This document shows, one piece after another, positions 48,066 through 61,721 of a stretch of DNA of 64,000 nt. Where the stretch lies: assembly GCF_037392515.1 (NCBI RefSeq), contig NC_090280.1:54301037-54365036 (forward strand). The letters run 5' to 3'. Within the stretch, counting starts at the first letter, position 1. Each line of letters opens with the position of its first letter. This DNA comes from Haliotis asinina (lineage: Eukaryota). The position numbers and the translations under genes are program-made. The notes beneath the pieces were generated by a model. That model saw only the letters and a program-made list of their open reading frames with translations, ran no database searches and was not told the DNA's origin.

Positions 48066-48365
48066 TGGGGATTTGTTTGTCAGAGTTGGCAAATGTATTA
48101 ACTTTAGTTGTTTCAATCATCAATTTTGCTTATCAGTGAATCAAACCACTATGAGACAGTGAGTTGACAATGGCAAGTTTGGTTCACTGGTTTCTTTGGT
48201 TTCTAAAATGTTGGCTTCATATCCAGGTTAGCTACAGTGAAATGCACTGTTTTTTGTTAGCTGCCACATGTTTGCATATTGTTATACAAATTTATAAAGA
48301 CCTACATCAATATATAAAGTATGGTTTGAATTACACGTAATGTATTCGCCATAGTGAACGTCCTT

Positions 48366-48535
48366 GCTAGTGGGGGCGGTGGGGTAGCCTAGTGGTTAAA
48401 GCGTTCGCTCGTCACGCAGAAGATGGGTACAATGTGTAAGGCTCATTTTCTGGTGTCCCCTGCCGTGATATAGCTGGAATATTGCTAAAAGCGGCGTAAA
48501 ACCAAATTCACTCACTCACTCACTCCTTGCTAATG
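48366..48535 (+). mobile_element. SINE family 1 copy with a (CACT)n tail
   Basis: ggggcggtggggtagcctagtggttaaagcgttcgctcgtcacgcagaagatgggtacaatgtgtaaggctcattttctggtgtcccctgccgtgatatagctggaatattgctaaaagcggcgtaaaaccaaattcactcactcactcactcc. Confidence 0.8.
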
Positions 48536-49883
48536 CCCACAATTATAGGTCCTAAGCCTAAAGGCTGATTTCTGGAACATGCGAAAGAAGTTCACCAGAT
48601 AGGTATAAATAATGATTGTTTCGAGCAGACAATGTACCTGTGTAAAGTAGTATTTCACCCAGGACAAGCTGACTAGTGTAGAATCAAACACTGTTGCATG
48701 TGCTGTTTTCAGTGCAGGTTCACACAGGTTAATATTAGTGATGCCATAAATTCAAAGGAAGGTTACTGGTGTGGATGTTAGTGCATGGGGATGGTCCCAC
48801 TTACTGGTAAAATCATGCATTGATTATTTCCTGTTGTAATATGATTGTATTTACATAGTTGGCAGAAACAGATCTGTTCGCTGATTTATCCTTCATTCCT
48901 GCTCGTATAAAGTCACATCACACAGTTACAGCCAATATCGGCTATTGATTTTCAGTCAGACATATTGACCCTCCACATACAGAAAGGGGCACTTGCTTCT
49001 GTCAGAGGTTTACAACAGGCAGCAAGGACTTAGGTACAAAGTATCTTCTGTAAGTGTCAGCATTTTTCTGTTTGATTTGTTTGTTTTAGGTTGATGTTTA
49101 GAAAATATTATGACAAGAAATGTCTAAGCTCATTTCTGCTAATATTTATGTGTTTTCATTATATACTTAGATTTTGATTTGAGAATTGTATATTTGTTGT
49201 ACATACTGTACACAGCAAAATGTACCAAATTAATGTAATCTAACTCGAATGAAATCAAAGGCAGGAAGTTCCATTTAAGTTGTATCAGCTGAAACAGGTC
49301 ACTGCAATATTGGGCAGGTTCCATGTGTTTGGTAAGAGAGTTAGCATGCCCCTTTGCATGTAAATCAACATGGTGATGTTATCGTTGTTTCATTGATTCT
49401 TGTTTAACCCTGCGCTCATCAATATTCCAGTTGTATGGCATTGTGCTGTTATCACCATGACAGCTGTTACTGTACATGGCCAAGATTTTCTAAACTCTCT
49501 CAGAACTAAGATAGTTATGTACGTTAATGTTAATGCATGGTTTAAATATGTCTTAACACAAGGTGAGCTTGAAAAATCTTGGTCCTGGATACTTAAGAGT
49601 GAAGAGAATATTTGTCACTGTGTTGACAACTCTGTCATGTTGACTTGACACAGCAGTTGAAGACATGTCTATATCTATAACCCGATTCTATTGTTTTTAT
49701 TAGCTAGGACACCCTTTTCACAACCACGTGGTGTTGTCACATATTTTTCTCAGATCCACCTGTAGTTTTCAGTGTTGTTTTGCCATTATGCCCAACAATT
49801 ACATTTTAGGAGAAAATTTCATATTTTTTATGGAATTGACTTTTTATATTTGTGGTTATTATTATTATTTATTTTTTTATTGA

Positions 49884-50056
49884 GGTAGTAGAGCAGCCTA
49901 GTGGTTAAAGCATTTGCTCGTCATGCCTAAGACGCATGTTCAATTCCCTACATGGGCACATTTCTGGTATTCCCACTGTGATATTCAGTGTGATATTGCT
50001 GGGATATTGCTAAAAGTAACATAAAACCTCACTCACTCACTCACTCACTCACTCAC
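49884..50056 (+). mobile_element. SINE family 1 copy with a (CTCA)n tail
   Basis: gtagagcagcctagtggttaaagcatttgctcgtcatgcctaagacgcatgttcaattccctacatgggcacatttctggtattcccactgtgat...attgctgggatattgctaaaagtaacataaaacctcactcactcactcactcactcactg. Confidence 0.75.
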
Positions 50057-50327
50057 TGTTATTTTTCTGGCTACACAGGCTTCTGACCATGTATCCTGAT
50101 AAGTTCGAACAGAAATATGTCACTGTATCAACATGAACTGGAACAGTTGTGTTAATGAGAAGCAAAAACATGCTCACATTAATATCATGATCTACAATAC
50201 ATGACATATCAATACATACTTTTATACTTAGAGATCAAACCTGTGAACATCCAGTTATAACTGATCTTCTGCAAACCATGCTTGTTGTAAGAGACAACTA
50301 ACGGAATCAGGTGATGAGACTCGTATC

Positions 50328-50440
50328 CCAGTTGTGTAAGATAGATACTTGAGCCGTGAATCACTGGATTGTCTGGTCAAAACTCAGTTATATGCCATAT
50401 AGCTGGAATATTGCTGAATGCTGCATAAAAGAAAGAACGA
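50328..50440 (+). mobile_element. SINE family 2 fragment (3' part with the shared tail module)
   Basis: gagccgtgaatcactggattgtctggtcaaaactcagttatatgccatatagctggaatattgctgaatgctgcataaaag. Confidence 0.6.
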
Positions 50441-51005
50441 AGAAAGATATATATCCACAACTCCCAAATTATTATCAAGATAAACAAAATATGCTTGTCT
50501 GAATTCTTGGCTCACTGTTTCCAGGAATTTATGTATTAAACATTGTCATTACACGGAAGGGTCATGCTGTTTGTCACAGGATTGTCTCAGTTAACCAGCC
50601 TTGATAATTTATGAGTGCCGCCATATTGCAGGGATATTGCTGACTGTGGCGTTAAACAACAAGTCATATAAGAGGTCAAATACATGATTTACAAAACGCC
50701 TCATCAGATATTGTTACGCTTACAGATGTGATACAGTTCAGTGCAAATATAGTTCATTGTGGGCTGGTTATCTGACTGTTCTCAGAAAGCTGTTTGCTAC
50801 AGAATAGTTTGTGGTGTTACACTCAGGGCTGGTTTATTTTGCTTTCTTTAAAAATATTAGCAAATGATTTATCATTTTGTTTCAGGACAGTGAAATATGA
50901 TACACATGGCCTGACGCATTGACTTGGTAATCATTTTCGTCCTTGAATATAAACCTTATCATCTCCATATGGTGTGTTCTGTTTTCCAGAAACTGCAGAA
51001 CGTCC

Positions 51006-51041
51006 ATGATGTCGGACTCAAAGCAAGAAGGAGCTGGGGAG
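51006..51041 (+). CDS. ASL: Argininosuccinate lyase, candidate start-codon exon (MMSDSKQEGAGE). The exon itself starts near 50990
   Basis: Acceptor ctgttttccag|AAACTG. ATG at 51006 (ccATGATGt). Donor GGGGAG|gtgtgt. In phase with the next exon (GSKLWGGRF). The N-terminus is not conserved enough to be sure. Confidence 0.5.
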
Positions 51042-51997
51042 GTGTGTATTGTCTGATGTTGGCTCAAAATAGATAAATAGTGTATTAGGTGGTGCATATG
51101 GTCAGATGCAATACGTGCTGAACACACCCTTGCCATGTTTTAGGTGGACAGTTAAGGTATGAATGAAAGTCAAGGTATGATCTCATTTCAGAGGTGATAT
51201 CTGAGGACTGTCAAAGGATGGCCGGTTGCATGAGCGAGTAAATGAGTGAGCAGGTGGGCGAGAAAGTAGTGAGTGAGTGGATGAGTGAGTGAGTGAGTGA
51301 GGTTTTGTGCCACTTTTATCTCGTGTGCAGTATCACTTCACACATTGTGTGCAAAGCTTATGTGGCATTATCGCATTTAGTCATGTTACTGACTTCATAT
51401 TGTCTACATGCCTGTCTTAATGACTTAATAAATCAGAAGTATGTGAAGAGGTGTGTTTCTTGATAATTAAAAATTTGTAGAAATAGACTTCTTATTAAAT
51501 TTCATTTGTGGAACTAAAAATGTTAAATGCAAAACAACACATATCCATGCAATCAGTCATCTCAACGGCGCATTTTATTATCAATCTCAGCTCCCTGGGG
51601 AATATCCCAACTCTTACAGCCACAAGGTACACCGACTAGTGTGTCGGCTTTACAAGGTACCCATTCAGAGCTGGGTGGACTGGGACACATAGTCACAGTA
51701 CTTTGTTAGAATATACTGCAAGATGCTGTACCCACAACTCTGTGTTAGTGTCCATGGATTTGTGGGTTCTTTTAATAAGTACACAGGCATGTGAACTGTA
51801 CTCTAGGGATTGTGACAACTTTGAAAGAGTATGCTCACAAGGTTGACTTAAGGGATGCGACTTCATGGATAAGAACTTGCTTTTTTATTGCACAGAGAGA
51901 CAATTCAACAATTACATTGCTGTCAAGCTAAAAGGTCTTGAGAATTAGAGTTGCACATTGTTTATCATATCTATCAACTTTATGTTTGAACCATCAG

Positions 51998-52105
51998 GGG
52001 AGTAAGCTGTGGGGTGGCCGCTTTACCGGAGCAACGGACCCGATCATGGAGAAGTTCAATGCCTCTATCTCCTATGACAAGAGGATGTGGAAGGCAGACA
52101 TTGAG
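51998..52105 (+). CDS. ASL: ASL exon ([36 protein letters not shown])
   Basis: Acceptor aaccatcag|GGG, donor ATTGAG|gtactt. Matches human [36 protein letters not shown]. Confidence 0.9.
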
Positions 52106-52642
52106 GTACTTCCTGTTTTAACACAGTCTTGATCATGGCGCCAGTTTGACTATAAAATTGTAGACCATTGTCCCAAAGTTTCAGGTGTTCAGATTATATC
52201 TATTTCAAAGTAAAGGTTTGATACCTGTGTATTTATCATATATATTCATCATTTTGTGGTTGTTCTGACCCACTGATGACTCTACACAGAGAATCAGTGT
52301 AGATCCTTTAAACTTTGACACATGTGGTTTGGCTCTGTTTACAATTATTTTGATATGTTACCCTAACGACTGCACTTGTTGCAGAGGTCCATTTTGCTTT
52401 CCTTACCTAGCTAAATGGCTTAGGAGGGTGACTTGAAGACAGGAAATTATGACTCCTGGATGCAGAGTGTGTCCCATAGATGACATTTTTTCCTTATTAA
52501 CCTAAAGCTGCTTACAGTTTTTAAAATGGTCACGTAGACAGATTGTACAGCAATGGATCAAGTCCATGTGTGAATCCCATAACAGGATATTGGTAATGTC
52601 ACAGGTGATTTTGGTCTTTACAAGATGTTGCCTTTGTTTCAG

Positions 52643-52729
52643 GGAAGTCAGGCATACGTGAAGGCACTGGAGAAGGTGGGAATTGTGACAGCAGCAGAGA
52701 GGGACTCCATCCTGGATGGCTTGCAAAAG
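52643..52729 (+). CDS. ASL: ASL exon (GSQAYVKALEKVGIVTAAERDSILDGLQK)
   Basis: Acceptor ctttgtttcag|GGA, donor AAAAG|gtgacg. Matches human [29 protein letters not shown]. Confidence 0.9.
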
Positions 52730-54013
52730 GTGACGTTTACACACATAAGGATGATTGCTGGTGTGTCACAGAGAGGTGATATGTAGTATAAGAGTACTAA
52801 AAACAAAAGTTTATTCATTCTTTACCAAAAATATTAGTACATACACATTGAGAATTATTACATTTAAAGACTCCATGGCAGACAGCTTGTGTCAAACTGT
52901 CCAATACGTGTCAGTATAAGAAAGTGCAGACAAGAAGGTTTGATTACAGTGCTAATCCTATCCTAGAAGCAGAGATACCATGAGCAGCCTTCCAACATTC
53001 ATCTATCAAAGGTTTTGTTATCTTGTGTGATGGCATAGCACTATTACTGTATATTTACCACCATCAGAAGTATTGCTGTCTAAGGCATTTAACAAAAGAT
53101 AAACAAACTTGTTGCATATTAGTGCATTATCACTGAGTACATTTGATTGAAATACCAAAATCATTGTTAAAAGTTTCCACCCACATGGTAAAAGAAAAGC
53201 AACAACGATCAGAAAACAGCGTGTATTTCAACCAGTTCAACCCAGGTGAAGTACAATATTGAAAGTATGTTTTCTCTGGGTCTGGCTACAAAGATTGAAA
53301 ATTGGGAATATCATTGATGGGAAGAGTTACTCACAATTATTCCTTTTGAAAACTGAGTCATTCATATTATCTATAATAAGTTGTTGTTTAGTGCCTGCAC
53401 TTAGCTTGGAATCTCACATAAATCCTGAGGCGTGAGCACCTGATCCTGAATGCCTGTACCTGGATGAGTACCTGCGATTGCCTGCGAACCATCCTCATCG
53501 CCAAGCAAACAAAGATGGCGACCTTGTTTAAAGGAAAAAAAAATTCAGATCATCATCATTAGTTAGTATCCTCCTGATGAAAGCGAAAGGAATAGCCAAG
53601 AAACATTGTGTAAACAATTAAGAAGAAGTTGACTTCAATAATATTTTGTCTTATATGTGTTAAATGTCATTTGTCACCACTCACCCCCTTCCATAACCTC
53701 CAACAAGAAGACGAAAAGCTATTCTGCTAGTCATGGAATAATACAAGTTGGTCATGAATGGTTTAATGTAACCAAGCGCTCACATCCATTCAGGACCCAT
53801 GCCAGCGCTCACGGGAAGCAATCACGCTCGTGGCACTCATTGGTCTGAACACACCTCTGGTTTGACTGTGAATGCTTAAATATATTGAATATTGCTCAAA
53901 CTATCAACTGGTGGTTTGCCTGCTTTTATCTGATTTTAAATATATGATAGTATTATGATGCTGTAAAATCTTTACTCCCACACTCATGAATTTACAATGT
54001 GTTGTATTTTCAG

Positions 54014-54097
54014 GTGAAAGAGGAGTGGCAGAAAAATGTGTTCGAGTTGAAACCAGGGGATGAAGATATCCACACTGCCAATGAGAGAAGGCTCAAG
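54014..54097 (+). CDS. ASL: ASL exon ([28 protein letters not shown])
   Basis: Acceptor gtattttcag|GTG, donor CTCAAG|gtcatt. Matches human [28 protein letters not shown]. Confidence 0.9.
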
Positions 54098-54250
54098 GTC
54101 ATTAACCAGTTTTGATTCACAGACAGAAAACTGTTTGAAAGATTAAATTGAAGATGTTCAGGGATTTTTACTACATGTATATTAGTAGCTTCAGGATTCA
54201 CTGAAATGTCAGTGTAGTCGACGATGTCCATGGTTGTGTCAATGTTCCAG

Positions 54251-54405
54251 GAGTTGATCGGTGCAGCAGGGGGCAAGCTTCACACCGGTCGGAGCCGGAA
54301 TGATCAGGTAGCGACCGACATGAGGCTATGGATGAGAGACGCCCAGCTGGAGCTCCGCACCTACCTTACCAATTTCATCAGCGTCATCCTCGACAGAGCC
54401 AAGTC
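54251..54405 (+). CDS. ASL: ASL exon ([52 protein letters not shown])
   Basis: Acceptor aatgttccag|GAG, donor AAGTC|gtgagt. Matches human [30 protein letters not shown]...MVDRAEA. Confidence 0.9.
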
Positions 54406-55124
54406 GTGAGTATGTTGATGTGTAGCATGTGAGGTTAATTTGAGGCATGTACCAGGTTAGAAGAGAGGTCAGCAGAAGAAATAGGCATGTTTTGTGTTTC
54501 CTGGTCCCATGAACGTATGCTAGTTGTGGGATCTCAAGTTGCAGTCCGTTTGGCTCAAAATTGGACCAGTGAAATGCAGTCTAACTCAAAAACTAATAAA
54601 CATAACATTGGCCAGGTCTGTGGAGATGGCACAGCACAGGTTAATGAATCAAATACATTGTCAGCAAGTGTGCATATGCTTCTTGAACACCTGGCTGTCC
54701 CTTTCTCTGCACTCCTCCCTCATAACAAACAGTGATCTGTGTCAGTATTTAAATTTGTTTGTTAAAAATCATTTTAGGACATAAATTTTGCAAAAGAAAA
54801 AAATACATTATTGGCCTGATGTTTTGATTATGTTCAGCCTTTTATTGAGGATATTTATGTTTATTAGTTTTCAAGCCGCTTGCAATTGCATTTCATTGCT
54901 CTGCTTTTGAGCCAGACCATAGAAGGCGTTACAAACTGCAGTTTTCATTTCAAAATGGAACTTGTATGCTGGTCATGGAGGAGACTGCATGTCAGATTTG
55001 TTGACTTTGTTGAATCACTTAGTGCCTTCAAATTCCTGTACACTCTTGCTTTTATTATCGATTACTGGTTTGTCTGTTCTGTTAACTCATTAAGGCCGAG
55101 AGCCGCATATATGCGGCAAATTAA

Positions 55125-55250
55125 TTAGCTTCTCACAGCGAGAGCCGCGTATTGGGGGTAATAAAAAGCACCTCTTATTCAGCGAGAGCCGCATATTGGG
55201 GGTTATGAAAAGCACCTCTCATTCAGCGAGAGCCGCGTATTGGGGGTTTT
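55125..55250. repeat. About 44-bp tandem repeat, 3 copies (cagcgagagccgcgtattgggggt..aaaagcacctct.att) in ASL intron 5
   Basis: Direct reading. Confidence 0.8.
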
Positions 55251-57087
55251 ACATTTTATATTCGTACATTACCTTTAATTTCAATCAATTTAGCAGTAAT
55301 GATCAAAGATTAGCCTTTCTTACTAGAGAGATTACTTTCTGTGTTAATCAGAAGAACTATTAATGTGTTTTGATAACAATTGCTTGCAATGTCGGGGGCT
55401 TATACAGGCAAATGAACACATGTCTGCGAGAAAAGGGATTATGAGATGTTGTTACAGGAGGTACATGTTTGTTACTCGTCATTGGGAGTGAATACTAAGA
55501 TACTATGTTTGCACATTGATTGAATTAACGGTGACAAGGTTACGAAACCTTCTTCTAAATTAAATCATTCATTCATGCATTGTAATAGTTCATATAATGA
55601 ATCGTAGACATAAATAGCAATACTGTATTACACTCATGTTCGTGTAGATTTGAAATAAACCAAGTTACTAATTTAGACCTAATTCATTTGCGACTATTGA
55701 TTTTGAAAGTTGACAATAATACATAATCGAATATGAAGTGATAACTCTTGCATCTACTCATAATATACATATATAGTACACATAAACCATACAAAGGTAA
55801 CTGGGGTATTTTGTTCAAGCTGTTTCATGCTTATTTGAAATGTGATTTTTCAATGCAATTTACATAAGCATTGTGTAAGAAACGTTTGTATTTGATCTCT
55901 GTAATTATCTTATCCTGTGTAATGAACACGTGTATCAGATCTATGGTCAATAAAAGGAGGAGAATATATCAGTTACAGAATTGATGCGTATAATCATTCA
56001 ATCAGACAACACTAAATATATGAACACCTCTTTCAACCTCAAAATAACAGCCTCTGGTCGAATGCATGTCCAGGTAAACTTGTCCTGTGACAAGTGTAAA
56101 ACAAACTTATGCGCTGTTACATCATTGGACAACCTGTTTTGTGGAGTCACGCCCATTGCCAATCTTCTGAACCTCGTTTGCTTTCAAAACAAATATAAGT
56201 ATGCCCATCTTCATAAATATTTGGGGAGATTCAACTACAAGTGTATACATCACAATAAATCAGTATCGTGTTACTTTTTTTAATTCTATAATACATGTAC
56301 TTGAATTATGATATTTATTCATAACAATGACCGCGTATGTGTTGATAAAAATACAGCACACACTGGCAAAGGGGTATGAGAGACACAGGTAATAAATTAC
56401 ATGAAATGCTGTAATATATGTATTCACATCGGCCTCTTTCCCATTTACATCTTTACGAGACAATTAAATAATCAGTACTTGTTTGTGAGACTAGACAGTT
56501 TCCTGTCATATCCGAGACCTGCCAGGGAAATCAGGCATGATTATCACTAATTAGCCTCGTCGCAGCAATCAGGCAGTCAGCGAGGGGTGCCAGGTGTTGG
56601 GCAGTGGAGCGGCTCCAGGGCTTAATGAGTTAAGGAAGAGTAGGGGATATTCATTTTGTGAGCATACCACAAGCTAATGCCAATGCATATGAGAATGTGT
56701 AATATACATATCAATGCAGATGAAGCCTTTCCAAAGGAATGGAATAAATTGTCACATTTTCCCATAATTTCTCTTCATCATGTTTCCTTCTTGACTTCAT
56801 GACATGCATTTCTACTTTATCAGTTTTGTAAATCCCCTACTTTTTTAATGGTAAATATGCAGACTGCCATCATACAGATGGAATATTGCTGAGTGAGGAC
56901 CAACACTGTGCATGAAGTTGTAATTTGTGTGAACTGATGTGCAACTAAATACAGAGAATTAATGCTGTTTTTGTATTGTGAACAGTCACTGTTGTATTCT
57001 TGCTTGAATCATGCTATGTCATGTGTTACAGAGCATGAAGTGACAGCATTATCTGATGTTTTACTTTGCTGCATGTATTACTCCATG

Positions 57088-57135
57088 CTTGTGGCGTTGA
57101 TCACTTGGTTGTCTGGTCCAGACTTGATTATTGTT
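57088..57135 (+). mobile_element. SINE family 2 short fragment
   Basis: gttgatcacttggttgtctggtccagacttgattattg. Confidence 0.45.
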
Positions 57136-57219
57136 TATGTTGATACGAAGCAGAAAAAAAATGATGCCTGCTTTTCTTTCTCTGAATTTTGCCAGTGACT
57201 GGATTGAAATATATTTCAG

Positions 57220-57297
57220 AGAAATTGACATCTTACTCCCTGGTTACACACACTTGCAGAGAGCACAGCCAATCAGATGGAGCCATTGGTTGCTAAG
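57220..57297 (+). CDS. ASL: ASL exon ([25 protein letters not shown])
   Basis: Acceptor atatttcag|A, donor CTAAG|gtaaca. Matches human [25 protein letters not shown]. Confidence 0.9.
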
Positions 57298-58202
57298 GTA
57301 ACACTCTTTAATCTGATTATGGGCTAGGATTGTAGTTTCTGATAACAATGGAAAAACAGTCATAAAGAAAATACATTTGTTTAGAAAATAATTGTTATGC
57401 AATGAAATATTTAACAAAATAGTTGCATTATTAGAAACTATATTTTCCTTGTAGTGAATGTCTTCTTGGTGCACCTCTTTTGTTTCTTTGCTACAATCAT
57501 GGTCAACGTATTACAGTGTATGAAACTCCTAAAAAAGCCAGGAAGCCCACAGGGCTGATAAGTAAATAATGTTGCAGGCTCTGTTGACATATATTAAAAA
57601 TAGGAAATTGAGATATGGTGTTAAAATGATGTAATTCATGGATTACTTATAGTGAGGTAAGCTTTAAACATGTGGAAAAGCAAATAATAATAAAACCATA
57701 ACTTACTGGTCAATGTTGATTCATTTAGTGTCACTGCCATCTGAATCAGAAAAGTGGAAAAGAACGATATTGTTCCTTGGCCAAAAGGATTATCTAGATC
57801 AGTCACATTTAGTGTTAGATAAATGTGTTGGCTGATCTGTGGAAGTTACGGTTTGATTGAACATGAACTATACAGATGTTGTCAAGCTACGACAATTGTA
57901 AATTATTTTCGAAATATTTCGCGAAGTCAGTGGCATAGTCAGATATATACTCTTTGAAAATGTATTGGTTATAAAATAAAATTGCAGCTGGCCGCCGGGC
58001 AGGTGCTGTTTCATACACTGCATATTATGACAGTACCATATCCATGATAATGTTTTTCATGGTGAAGGAAATGTTCCTTAATCGCAGTCCTGTTCATTAA
58101 ATTGGCAAACCATGACTTTAGTGAAAAAATGTTTAAAGTGTCATTCAATCCAACCGATATAATAAATGTTTACATCTCCTTCTTCATCCATGTTCTGCTC
58201 AG

Positions 58203-58280
58203 CTATGGATGGATGCTGCAGCGAGATCTGAAGAGACTAGACCAGCTGAGAGAGAGAACAGCAGTGTTGCCCCTTGGCAG
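58203..58280 (+). CDS. ASL: ASL exon (SYGWMLQRDLKRLDQLRERTAVLPLGS)
   Basis: Acceptor tgttctgctcag|C, donor GGCAG|gtcagt. Matches human [27 protein letters not shown]. Confidence 0.85.
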
Positions 58281-59023
58281 GTCAGTACAGAGTTGTCTCC
58301 CTCTGTAATGGGCCTGTCACATGAAATAGGCAACAGTATGTTTCAGAGTGCGAATAGTTTTCAAATTTGCTAGCCAGTTGGCCTAGCTATGCTTGAAAGT
58401 AATTCACACGTCAAAAATTTGAATCTAGGTGCAGGTTTCATCATTAATATACACAGTAAATGTGTGTTATAACTAAAGAAGTCGTGAGAGTGACGTATTT
58501 ACAAAATGATCCAATGAAAATTCTCAAGCCAGTTTGGCCATTGACTGCTGAAATGTACAGCAGAGTCTAGGTCAGGCAATCTGATGATCAACACACTGAC
58601 CAAATGATCCCATTAATGGACTTTACTGACACGCATGGTAGCTTTAGACTATCAAGGGATGCTTATGTACTAAATCATTTTGATTTTACCTGTGTTTGGT
58701 GTTGGGTTGTATTTTCAAAAGTCTTTAAATATTTTTCAAAGAGCCCATTAAAATATTGTGCGTGTATGATTTTCATTGACTCTGAGAATGGAAACTGAAA
58801 ATACACTGGTCCAATTCCTTGGGTAATAATTGTCTGCCTACAACTTGACATTGTTTTATCTTCATAAAGTACATGTTAATTATGAGTTAAGTTATGCATT
58901 CTTGTGAAAACAATGAACAAACTTTTTGTGTTCTTTACACATTACTCAGCCGTTTGGAGAACGAAAAAAGCCTTCACTGATCATAGTGATGTACCAATCT
59001 GATTCACTTCTTATTGTTGTTTA

Positions 59024-59076
59024 GTGGGGCCCTAGCTGGTAATCCATTTGGTGTGGACAGAGACTTCCTTGCTAAA
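59024..59076 (+). CDS. ASL: ASL exon (GALAGNPFGVDRDFLAK)
   Basis: Acceptor ttgttgtttag|T, donor AAAG|gtaaaa. Matches human GAIAGNPLGVDRELLRAE. Confidence 0.85.
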
Positions 59077-59315
59077 GGTAAAACAAGCTTTCAGATTTCT
59101 TGGTCACCCTCAAAGATATTGTTTAAGCAAGAAGACACATCTTAAATAAAACTGAAAATAATTCAGTGGTATATCCATTTCCATTTGTTTCCAACAAGGG
59201 AAACAAGAGATACCTCACTCGTACCCAAAATACTCTGATTGGCTGACAATACAGACAGCAGGTCATGTGTTCCATTATTGCAGTCAGTGACATCATCGAT
59301 GTTACATTGTTTCAG

Positions 59316-59378
59316 AACTTGGTCTAGGGGGAGTGACAGGAAACAGCTTGGATGCCGTCAGTGACCGAGACTTTGTTG
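59316..59378 (+). CDS. ASL: ASL exon (ELGLGGVTGNSLDAVSDRDFV)
   Basis: Acceptor cattgtttcag|AA, donor GTTG|gttagt (weaker donor). Matches human [21 protein letters not shown]. Confidence 0.8.
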
Positions 59379-59779
59379 GTTAGTTGTTCTTGTTTCTACA
59401 ATGAAATAAATGTACAGCTTTCACATAGCTCAGACCCAGAAAATGATTCTTCGTACAGTTTCCTTTCTACTGAACAGATTTACATCAGATGCGTCTCATG
59501 AAAATAAAAGGAGCATGGAAAATATTTGGAAAGGACATTGTTTTTCTTTTCATTAAGAAGATACATTAGAAGGTGTATAGACACATAGGCGTTTAGTAAC
59601 ATAATTCAGTTTTGATAAGGGCTTGTCATGTACCTAAAATTTGTGATGCATAAATTAAAGAAATTAAATCATTCCAAAAAATCATGAATATTTATCAAGT
59701 TTACTGATTTAGAAGCAAGAAATCCCAAATACATAAAGTTAGGGTATCTATTCTTGAGTTTGTGTCTGCCATGTTCCAG

Positions 59780-59894
59780 TGGAGTTCCTGTTCTGGGCCT
59801 CACTGCTCAGCACGCACCTCAGCCGCTGGGCAGAAGACCTCATCCTTTACTCTACCAAGGAGTTCAACTTTGTCACACTCTCAGACGCATACAG
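59780..59894 (+). CDS. ASL: ASL exon ([39 protein letters not shown])
   Basis: Acceptor catgttccag|TG, donor TACAG|gttagt. Matches human [39 protein letters not shown]. Confidence 0.9.
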
Positions 59895-60445
59895 GTTAGT
59901 GAGAAGAGAATGATTCAGTGGGTGGCCATTTTTTTAACCGAATTAATCAGTTTGGAGGTATGTGTGTGGAAGCAAGTGGGGAGAAGGAAGGAGAAGGATG
60001 TGGATGAGTGTCAGAATAGAGAGCAATCCTGTCGTGGAGATTTTCAGAATGCAAGAATTCAATCAGTGGAGTGGGTTTATTTCAGACTAGAGTAATTCAT
60101 TTCAGAGTTGTCAATAGATACCATATAGATTACATTCCCAGAGCATTGTGAGGACCATTCCTTCACGTCTTGTCACACATTTCTTAGCCTTGTACCCAAT
60201 ACTGGGATGTCATGCTAGTTAGTCAAAATTTGACTTTTTGGAAAGACCCTGAATCTTCTTTTGTATCAAAAATATACTTCACTTAACAACTTTTACCACA
60301 GAATAAGTTGTGTTTCCAATCCACAAATTTGTAGAGGTAGGTTATGTTTCAATATTCAGGATTTCAAGGCAGTAGTTTGGAAATGTTTTGTTAATCCGTG
60401 AAGTCGGTAAGATGATGTAGGATATATGTATTGTTAACATGGTGA

Positions 60446-60601
<156 letters not shown>

Positions 60602-61359
60602 TGACGTGTTATGTATGATTTTTTATCATTAAATATGATTATACACTGACATAGCAGATTGTAGACCAGAAGAGTTATATTGGTAAAAAAATAGTTTCAC
60701 TCTACTCCCTAGTTCAACTTTTAGTGTTAACCATCATTGTCTGTTCTTCCAATATAGTTTATCAATGTCATCAACACGCATACCCGAGTCCTACCGATAT
60801 ATTCTGATTGCTTACAAATGGCAACATCATGGCTGACCAAGCCATTGACAAACTCCCGGATATGGAAATCCAAAATGATCATTTGATCAAACGTTTATTG
60901 AGAAATACACTTCCATCCCCGGAATAAGCAGGTCAGCTGAAAGAGCCAAGTATGTGTATCGTATGTATTGCCGTGGAGTCATTAATATTGTGTATTCAGG
61001 AAACATGCTGGGAGGAGCCAGATTATATTCCTATGAGATTGTACACTTTTACACTTCAAAATACATGTTTTCGCCACCATGAATACACCTTAAAGGCAAG
61101 AGGGGTAGGCAGGTCTGCCATGGTGTCAGATCCTGCATGCCTGTGTTTATTGAGATGTTGAAAAACGATTTGGATGTCCAGATACGAGATATTGTTGATC
61201 ATATCTCATGGTAGTCTCTAACTGGATTACTCTCAGTTCACAATGATATAGGTGGATCACTGGTGTGTGGCGTAAATCAACACTCACTCATCATTTCCAG
61301 AACCACTTCTGTTCATGAATCCCTTGGAAATATGTTAAAATGAAATTTTGAAATGATTA

Positions 61360-61532
61360 TTGCATGAGAATGAAGATTTTTATGGATATCAACTTCTTTA
61401 TGAGAGAACACAACGTTTCGGAGTTAATGCTTACTCCTTCATCACCTGATGAAGGAGTAAGCATTAACTCCGAAACGTTGTGTTCTCTCATAAAGAAGTT
61501 GATATCCATAAAAATCTTCATTCTTATGTATT
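61360..61532. mobile_element. Near-perfect palindrome / hairpin element (about 80-bp arms, 2-nt centre) in an ASL intron
   Basis: gaatgaagatttttatggatatcaacttctttatgagagaacacaacgtttcggagttaatgcttactccttcatca|cc|tgatgaaggagtaagcattaactccgaaacgttgtgttctctcataaagaagttgatatccataaaaatcttcattc. Confidence 0.8.
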
Positions 61533-61721
61533 TTCACTTCTAAATGACATTGAAAGACTTGATTATTGCATGAGGCAAATCGCAAGGATCAACATGATAC
61601 TTTCCTATTCTGTCGGTGATCCAAGATTAGCGTCGAAACAATTTCTCCTTTTGCGAATAAAGATAGGTTTCAACCTGTTTACATGAGTTCCATTTCTGAT
61701 GTATTTTTGATGGCGTTGCAG

